This document shows, one piece after another, positions 21,410 through 29,590 of a stretch of 64,000 bases of DNA. The notes beneath the pieces are model-generated. The model searched no databases and was not told the origin of the DNA. It saw nothing but the letters and a program-made list of their open reading frames with translations. Positions within the stretch are counted from its first letter, which is position 1; each line of letters opens with the position of its first letter. Origin of the DNA: a virus; IMG/VR virus record IMGVR_UViG_3300030419_002087, positions 1 to 64,000 of that record; one strand, given 5' to 3'. The translations under genes and the position numbers were made by a program.

Positions 21410-23286
21410 AAAAATTCTGTATTTCACTACCAGAAAGAGAAGATCGTAAGAGATGGTTCTATGACCAGAACTCTGATAAGATAGACTATGAAATATTTAA
21501 GGCCATTGATGGTCGTAAGTTTGATTATAGTTTTCTATATGCTTCGGGTTTTGATACCTATAAAAATTGGCGTGACCCAATTAATCATACACATATCACA
21601 GGTGGAGAGATAGGATGTTTTCTTTCTCACTATTCTTTATGGATGAAATGTGTTGAACTCGATGAACCCATAATGATATTTGAGGATGATGCTAATATTA
21701 CAGATGAATGGGATGAATCAGAAATTAATAAACTCATAGAAGAATATAATTTTATCTATCTTGGTTGGCTTGAGATGGGTAAATCTAAATCAGTTAAAAA
21801 GAAAAAGAAATTAGTTGTTCCTGAATATCCATACTGGACACTTTCATACGTTATAACTCCTGAAGCTGCAAAAATTTTAACTGAAGGCAATCCACAGAAA
21901 CAAATTATACCTGTAGATGAATATCTGCCTTCACAATTACATAGACTCAATGTAGTTGGATATAAAGAGAATGTTGTTATCCCTGCTGGTAGAGAGATAT
22001 TTGGTACAGATGTAGATCCTCATGATAGATATGATTATTTCATAGACTTTAGAACACATGCTGTAACTATTGGTGATGATGATTCAAAATGTTGGAGGTT
22101 ACATGAATCTGCACATGGTAAGAACTTTAGAGTAAAGAATTTATGTATTGGCCAAGATATTGAATGGACAGGATCAGATATGAGTGGGCCTGGAGGAGGT
22201 CAAAAGGTTAATATTTTACGTGATTACATTTATTGTCTACCAGACCATGATGTAGTATTATTTGCTGATGGATTTGATACGTTTGCAATATCAGATTTGG
22301 AGGAGATAACACGTAGATATCTTGAGTTTAAATGTAAGGTATTATTTGCAGCTGAAGAACATCTATGGCCTGATAAAGACTTAGAGTTTCCTGAATGTGA
22401 AACTAAGTATAGGTATTTGAATAGTGGATTGTTTATTGGTAGAGTTGATGAACTCAAAAGAATAATGAATGCTGGGATAAAGAATGAGGAAGACGATCAA
22501 CTTTATTATCAGAAGGCATATTTGAATGGGGATTCAACTGCTCCTGAGTCTGAAAGATTGGATATAAAATTAGATCATGAATGTTATGTCTTTCAGTGTC
22601 ACGAAGAGAATTTAAAGATAGAAAGAGGATCATTATTTAATAATGAGACTAGATGTTATCCTTGTTTCTATCATGGTAATGGGGATGGATATGCAAAGAA
22701 ACATTTCCAGAGTGTATTTGATAGATTCTTTGGTGGTGGAATAGTATATACCCAAACAGATCAATATGAATTACTTGGGCCTGACATGATCCTTGTTGAT
22801 TATATGTCACCAAATATGTGTCACGAAATGATTCGTAGAGCTGATGAATATGGTCAATGGGGTAGTCTTTCATATGATAAATTCCCTGCTCAAGAGATTA
22901 GATTAAAACAAATAAGTCTATGGGAAGAGATGGCAGAACATTGGCAAGATATATTAAATCCAATCATTGAACGATTCTGGCATCCTATGGAAATGTATGG
23001 AATGAGAGATGCTTTTGTTATGAGGTATGCTATGAATACACAAACAAGTTTGGCCTTACATAATGATGCCTCTTTGGTGACTGGATCTGTTAAATTAAAT
23101 GATAACTATGAAGGTGCAGATTTAGAGTTCCCTAGACAGAAATTCAGTAATAAGGATATACCTGTTGGTAAGTGTATATTATTCCCAGGCCAAGTTTCAC
23201 ATGGACATACTTGTACTGAGTTAAAATCAGGTGTTAAATATAGCTTAACCATGTGGTCTAAACGATTCCATAAAGATGAGGTGTAA
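21406..23286 (+). CDS. Three-domain fusion: GT25 (ColGalT-like), PLOD-type glycosyltransferase and lysyl-hydroxylase-like 2OG-Fe(II) domain
   Basis: GT25 motifs AIDG, GEIGCFLSH, FEDD, YWTLSYVI, PVDEYLP. PLOD-GT motifs GGGQKV, LFADGFD, LFAAE..LWP, YLNSGLFIG, DDQLYY, LDH..FQ, HGNG. LH motifs FVMRY...SLALHNDAS, YEGA, FPG..SH.H. ATG at 21406 overlaps the upstream stop (ATGA). Confidence 0.85.
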   Translation: MKKFCISLPEREDRKRWFYDQNSDKIDYEIFKAIDGRKFDYSFLYASGFDTYKNWRDPINHTHITGGEIGCFLSHYSLWMKCVELDEPIMIFEDDANITDEWDESEINKLIEEYNFIYLGWLEMGKSKSVKKKKKLVVPEYPYWTLSYVITPEAAKILTEGNPQKQIIPVDEYLPSQLHRLNVVGYKENVVIPAGREIFGTDVDPHDRYDYFIDFRTHAVTIGDDDSKCWRLHESAHGKNFRVKNLCIGQDIEWTGSDMSGPGGGQKVNILRDYIYCLPDHDVVLFADGFDTFAISDLEEITRRYLEFKCKVLFAAEEHLWPDKDLEFPECETKYRYLNSGLFIGRVDELKRIMNAGIKNEEDDQLYYQKAYLNGDSTAPESERLDIKLDHECYVFQCHEENLKIERGSLFNNETRCYPCFYHGNGDGYAKKHFQSVFDRFFGGGIVYTQTDQYELLGPDMILVDYMSPNMCHEMIRRADEYGQWGSLSYDKFPAQEIRLKQISLWEEMAEHWQDILNPIIERFWHPMEMYGMRDAFVMRYAMNTQTSLALHNDASLVTGSVKLNDNYEGADLEFPRQKFSNKDIPVGKCILFPGQVSHGHTCTELKSGVKYSLTMWSKRFHKDEV

Positions 23287-23288
23287 TC

Positions 23289-23489
23289 ATGAACGGTAAA
23301 CTACAGACACTAAAGGCATACTTATTGGATAGATATGAAACAGATGATATGATTTCGATTAAGGAATTAATTGAAGCGATTGATGATTTAGATTATGACC
23401 ATGACGATTTAAACGAGGAAATCTCTAATGTTTTTATGAATTTAGTGACCGAACACATTGCTGAGAGGGGGCTTGACAAGGAAAAGTAA
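23289..23489 (+). CDS. Small acidic hypothetical protein
   Basis: 66-aa ORF with GAGG RBS directly after the fusion gene. Confidence 0.55.
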   Translation: MNGKLQTLKAYLLDRYETDDMISIKELIEAIDDLDYDHDDLNEEISNVFMNLVTEHIAERGLDKEK

Positions 23490-23501
23490 TATACATATAC
23501 T
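23473..23501 (+). promoter_or_regulatory. sigma70-like promoter
   Basis: TTGACA-17nt-TATACT. Confidence 0.7.
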
Positions 23502-23529
23502 AGGCTAGTACCCAATCCTCCTCAGGCCA

Positions 23530-23730
23530 ATGACTTATCTCGCCATGCAGAAACGTCGTTACCGTGTTGTTTTAGATTTAGAATTAATGGATGATGGTAG
23601 TCATCCTGATAATTTTGAATGGAATAAGATGTTAGAGATTGGGGATGGAGAGGATGTGGAAGTCATCAGTGTTGCTGAAGAGGAATATGATGATGGAATT
23701 CCAGAGAGTTACTGGTGGGAAGCCCAATAG
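23530..23730 (+). CDS. Small hypothetical protein
   Basis: RYRVVLDLEL...P.NFEW..ML ORF downstream of the promoter. Confidence 0.55.
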   Translation: MTYLAMQKRRYRVVLDLELMDDGSHPDNFEWNKMLEIGDGEDVEVISVAEEEYDDGIPESYWWEAQ

Positions 23731-23738
23731 GTTTCCTA

Positions 23739-23746
23739 TATAAATA
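23739..23746 (+). promoter_or_regulatory. T4 late promoter TATAAATA
   Basis: Exact T4 late consensus 30 nt upstream of the ATG at 23776. Confidence 0.7.
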
Positions 23747-23775
23747 TATTAGGTCAACATTTATATTGGTAAAAA

Positions 23776-24114
23776 ATGAGTACCGTCAGAGCTGACAATT
23801 ATCGTAAGGCTAATGGTCAAAACACCAGTGCGGCCCAGCTATCACGTTATGATACCAACTTCCGTGTAAGTTATGGAACCAATAACGGAGATAACAGTAA
23901 TGTTAACCCTCCTAGTGGATATAACATTGGTCACTTAAGAGGATTTATTCCAAGTAGGAGACAAGGTTTCTTTTCTGGTGGTGTGGATGGAAACGATAAC
24001 CTGTATTGCCGTTACAGCGTACAGAATGGTAACAACAGGGTAAACGTATTCTGTCGTCTCCAAGAACAGAGACAAACACCAAGTAACAACTGGATCGCAA
24101 TCTGGAGGAAGTAA
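23776..24114 (+). CDS. Stand-alone tail-fibre tip-like protein
   Basis: V.PP.GY....L..FIPS...F.G.VD.ND.LYC...EQR.TP..NW.AIWRK resembles fibre C-terminal domains; late promoter upstream; chaperone gene downstream. Confidence 0.5.
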   Translation: MSTVRADNYRKANGQNTSAAQLSRYDTNFRVSYGTNNGDNSNVNPPSGYNIGHLRGFIPSRRQGFFSGGVDGNDNLYCRYSVQNGNNRVNVFCRLQEQRQTPSNNWIAIWRK

Positions 24115-24116
24115 TC

Positions 24117-24581
24117 ATGCCAACTTATGACGCCGACGGTTTTGAAGTAGAAGAGTATTGGATATTAACTAAACTTGATACAGGTCTAGTTTTTAGCCAA
24201 ATGAGTTATGAACCTGATTTAACAGGTGATCCTGATGCAGCTACCTATGGTAAGTATCAGATTAGTCAAACAGATTTTGAGAATCTTCAGCAAGATTGGT
24301 TATATAAATGGGATGATAGTGCAAAAGCTGTAAGGTTAAAGAATGATTCTGAATTAACAGAACAGAAGAGAGAAGCATTTAAGGCAAAGAGAAATAATTA
24401 TCTTGCTCAGTCAGATTTTTATCTTCTTGATGATGCACCTGTTACGGCTGATAAGAAAGCAGAATGGCAAACATATAGGCAGGCATTGAGAGATTTACCA
24501 TCTAATACTACAGATGCTCAGATCTTAGGAGATACTATTAACTGGCCTACACTGCCTGGATCAATTAATGCTGCAACTTAA
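24117..24581 (+). CDS. Tail fibre assembly chaperone
   Basis: KRNNYLAQSDF.LL.DAP...EWQTYRQALRDLP...INWPT.P signature. Confidence 0.8.
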   Translation: MPTYDADGFEVEEYWILTKLDTGLVFSQMSYEPDLTGDPDAATYGKYQISQTDFENLQQDWLYKWDDSAKAVRLKNDSELTEQKREAFKAKRNNYLAQSDFYLLDDAPVTADKKAEWQTYRQALRDLPSNTTDAQILGDTINWPTLPGSINAAT

Positions 24582-24645
24582 CAGCATATCTACTGCGCTC
24601 GCAGTATTTTCACTGCGATTTTTTTAATTTACTGCGAATTTAATT

Positions 24646-25356
24646 ATGGAAATACCAGCAAAGTTTTTAGGTGGAATTAGCGGAGAACTCTCTGCGGAAG
24701 AAGTAGACCCATATATTAATAAACTCTTAGGTAGTGATGGGGAAGAATTACATTTAGATCATGAGGAAGATTGGGTAGTAGATAGACTACTACACCATAG
24801 TATTACTGATGTATGGCAGACGAGAATTAATAAGATTGTTAGGGATAACAATCTGAGAGATGTGGCGGGAGAGACATCTTGCCGAGGAAATATTAAACAA
24901 TTTTGCTTATATGAAAATGAAGAACATCAACCAAATGTTAGCGAAACTCTGAAGCTTTTGGATGATGATATTATTAATTTCGTAAAATTACAGATAAAAG
25001 ATATAACAATTAAGAACAAAATCATAGACTATGACTATGATTTAGAGATGACATATGCTTGGACTTGTATAGGTCAGAAGGGAAGCTTTCATGTTCCTCA
25101 TACACATTCAAGAGATTATCCTACGGATGTTTTAAGCACAACGATATATTTACAGACCAAGCCATTACCTAAAGATGAGATAGATTCTGGCCTATTTTAT
25201 TATATTTGGCGAGATGATCGTAGTAAGATAGAATATATTGAACCTGAAGATGGCATGATGTTGCTGTTTCCAAATTGGTTAGCTCATGGTACAATACCAC
25301 AACATGCTGGTAAACGTCAGACGTTTAATTTATCATTTAAGGTAGTTAAAAAATGA
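24646..25356 (+). CDS. 2OG-Fe(II) oxygenase (HxH type)
   Basis: AW...GSFHVPHTH, LSTTIYL, P..GMMLLFPNWLAHGT.P, RQTFNLSF. Confidence 0.8.
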   Translation: MEIPAKFLGGISGELSAEEVDPYINKLLGSDGEELHLDHEEDWVVDRLLHHSITDVWQTRINKIVRDNNLRDVAGETSCRGNIKQFCLYENEEHQPNVSETLKLLDDDIINFVKLQIKDITIKNKIIDYDYDLEMTYAWTCIGQKGSFHVPHTHSRDYPTDVLSTTIYLQTKPLPKDEIDSGLFYYIWRDDRSKIEYIEPEDGMMLLFPNWLAHGTIPQHAGKRQTFNLSFKVVKK

Positions 25357-25430
25357 ATATGTGGTATATTATAGTCTGGACTGCAATTACTATGTTTGTA
25401 TTAGTTCAAATTGGAGTTTTTAAAAAATGA
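25353..25430 (+). CDS. 25-aa single-TM peptide
   Basis: MNMWYIIVWTAITMFVLVQIGVFKK*, with ATGA overlaps at both ends. Confidence 0.5.
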   Translation: MNMWYIIVWTAITMFVLVQIGVFKK

Positions 25431-25615
25431 AATTAGGTAAAAAGGTATTAGAGACAATATTCAATGATGAATTAACGATAGATGAGATAGATGCTATAAT
25501 TACAGCATTACATTTACTATCTCAGGAAGATCAAATTAGACAAGAAGCCTTTTATAGTGTTAGTTACAAAGAAGTATTAGGTAAACTAAATGACTATAGG
25601 AAGAGGATTGACTGA
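25427..25615 (+). CDS. Small hypothetical protein
   Basis: 62-aa ORF, ATGA-coupled. Confidence 0.5.
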   Translation: MKLGKKVLETIFNDELTIDEIDAIITALHLLSQEDQIRQEAFYSVSYKEVLGKLNDYRKRID

Positions 25616-25643
25616 TAAATATCCATACTTACCTTAGAGGATT

Positions 25644-26105
25644 ATGGGAGCAATGGTTCCACCTAGCAGAAAGAGCTGCTACAATTTTAGAGTAACGGAG
25701 ATTAATCGTGTTCTTGACGGGGATACTATTGATGTCACCATTGATCTTGGGTTTGATTTATTCAAGAAAGAAAGAGTTAGAATTGCTGGAGTTGATACGC
25801 CAGAAAAAAGAACAAGAAATTTAGAGGAAAAGGCTCTTGGTATTGATGCAACGAACTGGCTTAAAGAAAAACTGGAAGGTGCTATTAGTGGTGATGATGA
25901 TCTTGTTATCCGTACTGAGCTCGAAGGCGGAGTCGGGAAATATGGGCGTCTTCTTGGCTGGTGTTACATTGGGGATGCTACTACCAGTCTCAATGAACAA
26001 ATGATAGCTGAAGGTTTTGCATGGCCTTATGATGGTGGTACTAAACAAAAAGATTTTGAAGAGCTACGAGTAATTCGTAGATCATTTGGCACATTAGTGG
26101 AGTAA
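25644..26105 (+). CDS. Staphylococcal-nuclease-like (SNase) protein
   Basis: RVLDGDTIDV.IDLGF, RVRIAGVDTPE, GKYGRLLG, LNEQMI.EG.AW.Y.GG; ATAAATA at 25615-25621. Confidence 0.85.
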   Translation: MGAMVPPSRKSCYNFRVTEINRVLDGDTIDVTIDLGFDLFKKERVRIAGVDTPEKRTRNLEEKALGIDATNWLKEKLEGAISGDDDLVIRTELEGGVGKYGRLLGWCYIGDATTSLNEQMIAEGFAWPYDGGTKQKDFEELRVIRRSFGTLVE

Positions 26106-26109
26106 AACT

Positions 26110-26280
26110 ATGAAAACTTGGATTGATAAGGCTAAAGAACTGGATGGATTTGACGTAATTGTTATACCTTTAGTCCTCTTTGAGGCTTTAGTAGTAAATT
26201 TTCTGATGAACGCAGGTCTTAAAGTCCCAGATCGTGTGTCACTCAACAAACTGGCACAAGCTAACGAGACAAACGGTTGA
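26110..26280 (+). CDS. Small hypothetical protein (56 aa, not in track)
   Basis: MKTWIDKAKELDGFDVIVIPLVLFEALVVNFL...; GGAG RBS. Confidence 0.45.
   Translation: MKTWIDKAKELDGFDVIVIPLVLFEALVVNFLMNAGLKVPDRVSLNKLAQANETNG
26238..26255. promoter_or_regulatory. Palindromic early-promoter motif (GNCAGT-N6-ACTGNC type)
   Basis: GTCACT-caacaa-ACTGGC upstream of TATTAT and the helicase; one of 12 copies. Confidence 0.5.
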
Positions 26281-26356
26281 AATAGACTATTATAGCCATG
26301 GGAAACAAACCTGACTTGTTCGGGTTTTGTTTCTCTCGTCCTATTTCTATTATTAA

Positions 26357-27598
26357 ATGAGGCCAAGACCCTATCAACAGTTGGTAATTGATTCAATGCT
26401 GTCTAGGGACAAAGGCCAATTAATAGTACCTACTGGAGGCGGTAAGACTTTTTGCATGATTCAAGATGCAAAGAGACTTATTGAAAATTCTAGTGAAGCT
26501 ACTATTATTATTGTTGCTCCTCGTATCCTATTAGCACAACAATTATCAGCAGAATTTCTTGAACATTTAGGTGAAAAACACATTCATCCTCAATTAAATG
26601 TTCTTCATGTTCATAGTGGAGATACATGCCACTATAGTACAACTAAGACGGATGAGATTAAAGAATGGATCAATAAAACACCAAGTAATAAGTTAATCTT
26701 TACCACATATCATTCTTTACATAGAGTATCCGATTCTGATATTGAAGTTGATACAATATATTTTGATGAAGCCCATAATAGTGTTCAGAAGAATTTTATA
26801 GAGTCAGTCGATTATTTTTCATTAGTAGCTAGACGTTCTTACTTCTTTACTGCTACACCTAAACATAGTTTAACACCTATGAAGGCAGGGATGAATGATG
26901 TTGATATATTCGGTGAGGTTTTAGTTTCAGTTAAGGCTAGAGATCTCATTGATTATGGTGCTATCTGTTCTCCTAAAGTAACAGCCCATGAATTACAAGT
27001 CTGTGGAGTTACTAACATACATGAAAGGGATTGTAAGTATCTCTTGAATGTTTTGGATAAACAAGCTCACATGGATAGAGTGCTAGTCACTGCTAAGAGA
27101 ACTAAGGATATTAACAATTTAATGAAACATTCTTCATTCTTTGTTAAGGCCATTAAACGTGACTATGCTGTAATGCACATTACTTCTAAGTATGGTGCAT
27201 ATATTAACAATGAAAAAGTAGATCGTCAAACATTCTTTGAAACTCTTAAAGAATGGGGATCTGATGTAAACAAGAAATTCATTTGTTTCCATCATTCTAT
27301 TCTATCTGAGGGCATTAATGTCAATGGATTAACTTCTTGTATCCTGATGAGAAATATGGATTATATTTCTATGGCTCAGACAATAGGTAGAGTCATTAGG
27401 ATTGACCCTCGTGACCGAGCCAGAATGTCCTCAGGCGAGTTAAAAGCGGGTGACATACCTTCTTATACTAAAGGCGTGGGATTACTCTGTGTTCCTATTC
27501 TAGGTAAGGTTGGCATCTCTACTCATCGTAGGCTACAGACTGTAGTGGATACTATCTTTGAGAAGGGAGAACCAGCAATTTCAGTGGTCAGCCGATAA
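26357..27598 (+). CDS. SF2 DEAD/DEAH helicase, type III restriction Res-like
   Basis: RPYQ Q-motif, PTGGGKT Walker A, FDEAH, FTATP, LSEGINV, QTIGRVIR. Confidence 0.88.
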   Translation: MRPRPYQQLVIDSMLSRDKGQLIVPTGGGKTFCMIQDAKRLIENSSEATIIIVAPRILLAQQLSAEFLEHLGEKHIHPQLNVLHVHSGDTCHYSTTKTDEIKEWINKTPSNKLIFTTYHSLHRVSDSDIEVDTIYFDEAHNSVQKNFIESVDYFSLVARRSYFFTATPKHSLTPMKAGMNDVDIFGEVLVSVKARDLIDYGAICSPKVTAHELQVCGVTNIHERDCKYLLNVLDKQAHMDRVLVTAKRTKDINNLMKHSSFFVKAIKRDYAVMHITSKYGAYINNEKVDRQTFFETLKEWGSDVNKKFICFHHSILSEGINVNGLTSCILMRNMDYISMAQTIGRVIRIDPRDRARMSSGELKAGDIPSYTKGVGLLCVPILGKVGISTHRRLQTVVDTIFEKGEPAISVVSR

Positions 27599-27641
27599 AC
27601 TGGCCACTTTTCATTGAAATCCACTTCTGTGGTACTATAAT
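27587..27641 (+). promoter_or_regulatory. Early promoter with palindromic motif
   Basis: GTCAGC-N6-ACTGGC, then TTGAAA...TATAAT. Confidence 0.6.
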
Positions 27642-27668
27642 GGCCATGTAACCAAGAGGAAAACCCTT

Positions 27669-28172
27669 ATGACAACTTCTTATCAAACAAGGGAAATTCC
27701 TACAATCGCAGTTTTCCCTGACGAAAAATTGACTCTCGATCAAAAGGTTGAGAAGTGGACATGGCAGTTATGCCGTGCTTTAGAACAGAATTATTTTGAT
27801 TATCATAAAACAATGATAATGAACAATTCTGAGAGATTCTCAGCAAATGGAGAATTATCAGCCTATGCTAACAAACAGTTAGCAGAAATTGAGAATGGCA
27901 CTGCTAAACTTATGAGATTCCGTATGGAATTTGGCAGAAAATACATTAAAATCATTCAACAAGATTACGATACATTTCAAGATCGTAATGAATATAGAGA
28001 TGGCAGTGTTCATGCTTTTGTTGACAAGAAAACTGGTGAGGTTTATAAACCAGCCTCATGGAAGTCACCAGCAAAGCACGTTAGATATGATATGAGAATC
28101 ATTAGAGAGCGTGAATTCATCCACAACCCAGCTAATTGCAGCTGGACTGGTGGTTATCTTTACATGAGGTGA
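27669..28172 (+). CDS. Conserved phage hypothetical protein
   Basis: GRKYIKI...SVHAFVDKKTGEVYKPASWKSPAKHVRY...WTGGYLY family common in marine T4-like phages. Confidence 0.75.
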   Translation: MTTSYQTREIPTIAVFPDEKLTLDQKVEKWTWQLCRALEQNYFDYHKTMIMNNSERFSANGELSAYANKQLAEIENGTAKLMRFRMEFGRKYIKIIQQDYDTFQDRNEYRDGSVHAFVDKKTGEVYKPASWKSPAKHVRYDMRIIREREFIHNPANCSWTGGYLYMR

Positions 28173-28177
28173 TTGAA

Positions 28178-28426
28178 ATGGCTATTGAACACAAAGAACT
28201 ATTAACTGAGGCTGTTTACGCCTACTTGGATGATAATGAAAGTCCTGTATCCTTTTATAAGGATCTCAGGGCTATTCTAGAGAGTCGTATTGATTATCAC
28301 AATCGCCAAAAAAGTCAGGTTAGTGATATACTAAAAATGGTTAATGGACATCGGCCATTAACAATGGAAACTGATCTGCCAGAGGATGTAATGGAGTATA
28401 GAAGTATAATACCAGCGAGGTATTAA
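28178..28426 (+). CDS. Hypothetical protein
   Basis: ATG at 28178 after GAGG; MAIEHKELL.EAVYAYLD. Confidence 0.55.
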   Translation: MAIEHKELLTEAVYAYLDDNESPVSFYKDLRAILESRIDYHNRQKSQVSDILKMVNGHRPLTMETDLPEDVMEYRSIIPARY

Positions 28427-28427
28427 A

Positions 28428-28649
28428 ATGAAGAAACTAACAAAGAAACAACGCCATCAAGTTAAATCAAGATGGTATTACATCTTCTGGGGAGCTGCAA
28501 CTGTTTCAGTATTTGCTGGACAAATGTATGTTGGCTCTGGTTATCGTAGGATGGCTGAATCTTTCGATAAAATACTAAATGGTATTATTGTTAATGTGAT
28601 TGAAGACGATTTATACCGTAGAGATCACAAGGGCATTTATTATCATTAA
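28428..28649 (+). CDS. Small membrane protein
   Basis: QVKSRWYYIFWGAATVSVFAGQMYVGSGYR TM segment, a cyanophage family. Confidence 0.6.
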   Translation: MKKLTKKQRHQVKSRWYYIFWGAATVSVFAGQMYVGSGYRRMAESFDKILNGIIVNVIEDDLYRRDHKGIYYH

Positions 28650-28888
28650 TGGATAAAAAAGAACTAAAATCTATAGCACGATTCTATAAGGATTGTGAAC
28701 ACGGTTTTGCTACTAATGATGGGTACTATGGTGTGCCTGTCATGGGCAGTAAAACAAAACTGGCCATTGTCCATGATGGCATAATACTACATTATGCTAG
28801 AAATGAACAGTCGGCCCGTAATTTTATTACCAAACACAAGGCCAGTCTACGAACTGGCCAAAAGAGGGTTGCAAGGGGTCAGAAATAG
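28649..28888 (+). CDS. Hypothetical protein
   Basis: TAATG-coupled; GF.T.DG.Y..P....L.I.H.G pattern. Confidence 0.6.
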   Translation: MDKKELKSIARFYKDCEHGFATNDGYYGVPVMGSKTKLAIVHDGIILHYARNEQSARNFITKHKASLRTGQKRVARGQK

Positions 28889-28896
28889 ACTATACT
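28841..28896 (+). promoter_or_regulatory. Early promoter with palindromic motif
   Basis: GCCAGT-ctacga-ACTGGC, then TTGCAA-16nt-TATACT. Confidence 0.6.
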
Positions 28897-28962
28897 GGCC
28901 ACATAGAGGAAAGGGTTCGCCTCAACCAAAGTTACCCGCCTCCGTACTTCGTTTTTTTTAAA

Positions 28963-29070
28963 ATGTCTGAAGCAATCGTTTCAACTCCTGACTATGTAAA
29001 CTGGCTATTTGAAGATTGCCTAACAGGCAATGATATTCTAGCTAGACTTGAGGAGATTGCTGGAGAGTAA
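28963..29070 (+). CDS. 35-aa acidic micro-protein (not in track)
   Basis: MSEAIVSTPDYVNWLFEDCLTGNDILARLEEIAGE*, first ORF after the promoter. Confidence 0.45.
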   Translation: MSEAIVSTPDYVNWLFEDCLTGNDILARLEEIAGE

Positions 29071-29161
29071 CAAAAACCGCCCCTCTATACCTTATGCTAA
29101 CTAGGGCGAGGTTAATGCGAAAATAGAGGGGCTCTCTATTCACACTAATTTCTTTTTTTAA

Positions 29162-29590
29162 ATGGCTACACGTTCTCGAATTGGGTTAAGATTAGCAGAT
29201 GATTCTATTCTATCTGTTTATCATCACTGGGATGGTTATCCTGAGTGGTTAGGTGTTACTTTAAAATCAAAATTTAACACTAGAGACAAAGTAGCTGAGT
29301 TAATCGATGGTGGCAATATGTCATCATGTGATTCAGATAATGTCTATGATTATGAAAAGCAAGAGTATGTAAAACGTACTCCACAGCCTGAGTATTATGG
29401 TGGAGATGATGAAGCTCCACGTTTAGACGTAAATGAGTACAATTATTTCAAAAATAATGAGGAATATGCCTACATTTTTGAAAAGGGTGATTGGACTTGT
29501 TATAAAATAGATGGTGGTTATGGTGATGTTGGCTTACAAATTAGAAAAGTTAATATTCCTGAGCCAGAACCTGAAGTAGTAGCAGCGTAA
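29162..29590 (+). CDS. Conserved phage hypothetical protein
   Basis: MATRSRIG...SVYHHWDGYPEWLG..L...LIDGG.MS...EEYAYIF family. Confidence 0.75.
   Translation: MATRSRIGLRLADDSILSVYHHWDGYPEWLGVTLKSKFNTRDKVAELIDGGNMSSCDSDNVYDYEKQEYVKRTPQPEYYGGDDEAPRLDVNEYNYFKNNEEYAYIFEKGDWTCYKIDGGYGDVGLQIRKVNIPEPEPEVVAA

Noticed and set aside
5382-24581. Diversity-generating retroelement or invertible fibre cassette
   Set aside because: No reverse transcriptase, recombinase, adenine-specific TR/VR pair or flanking inverted repeats were seen.
28900-29160. Known cyanophage wcaG RNA motif upstream of the epimerase
   Set aside because: I could not match it to the consensus from memory; reported only as an unassigned structure.
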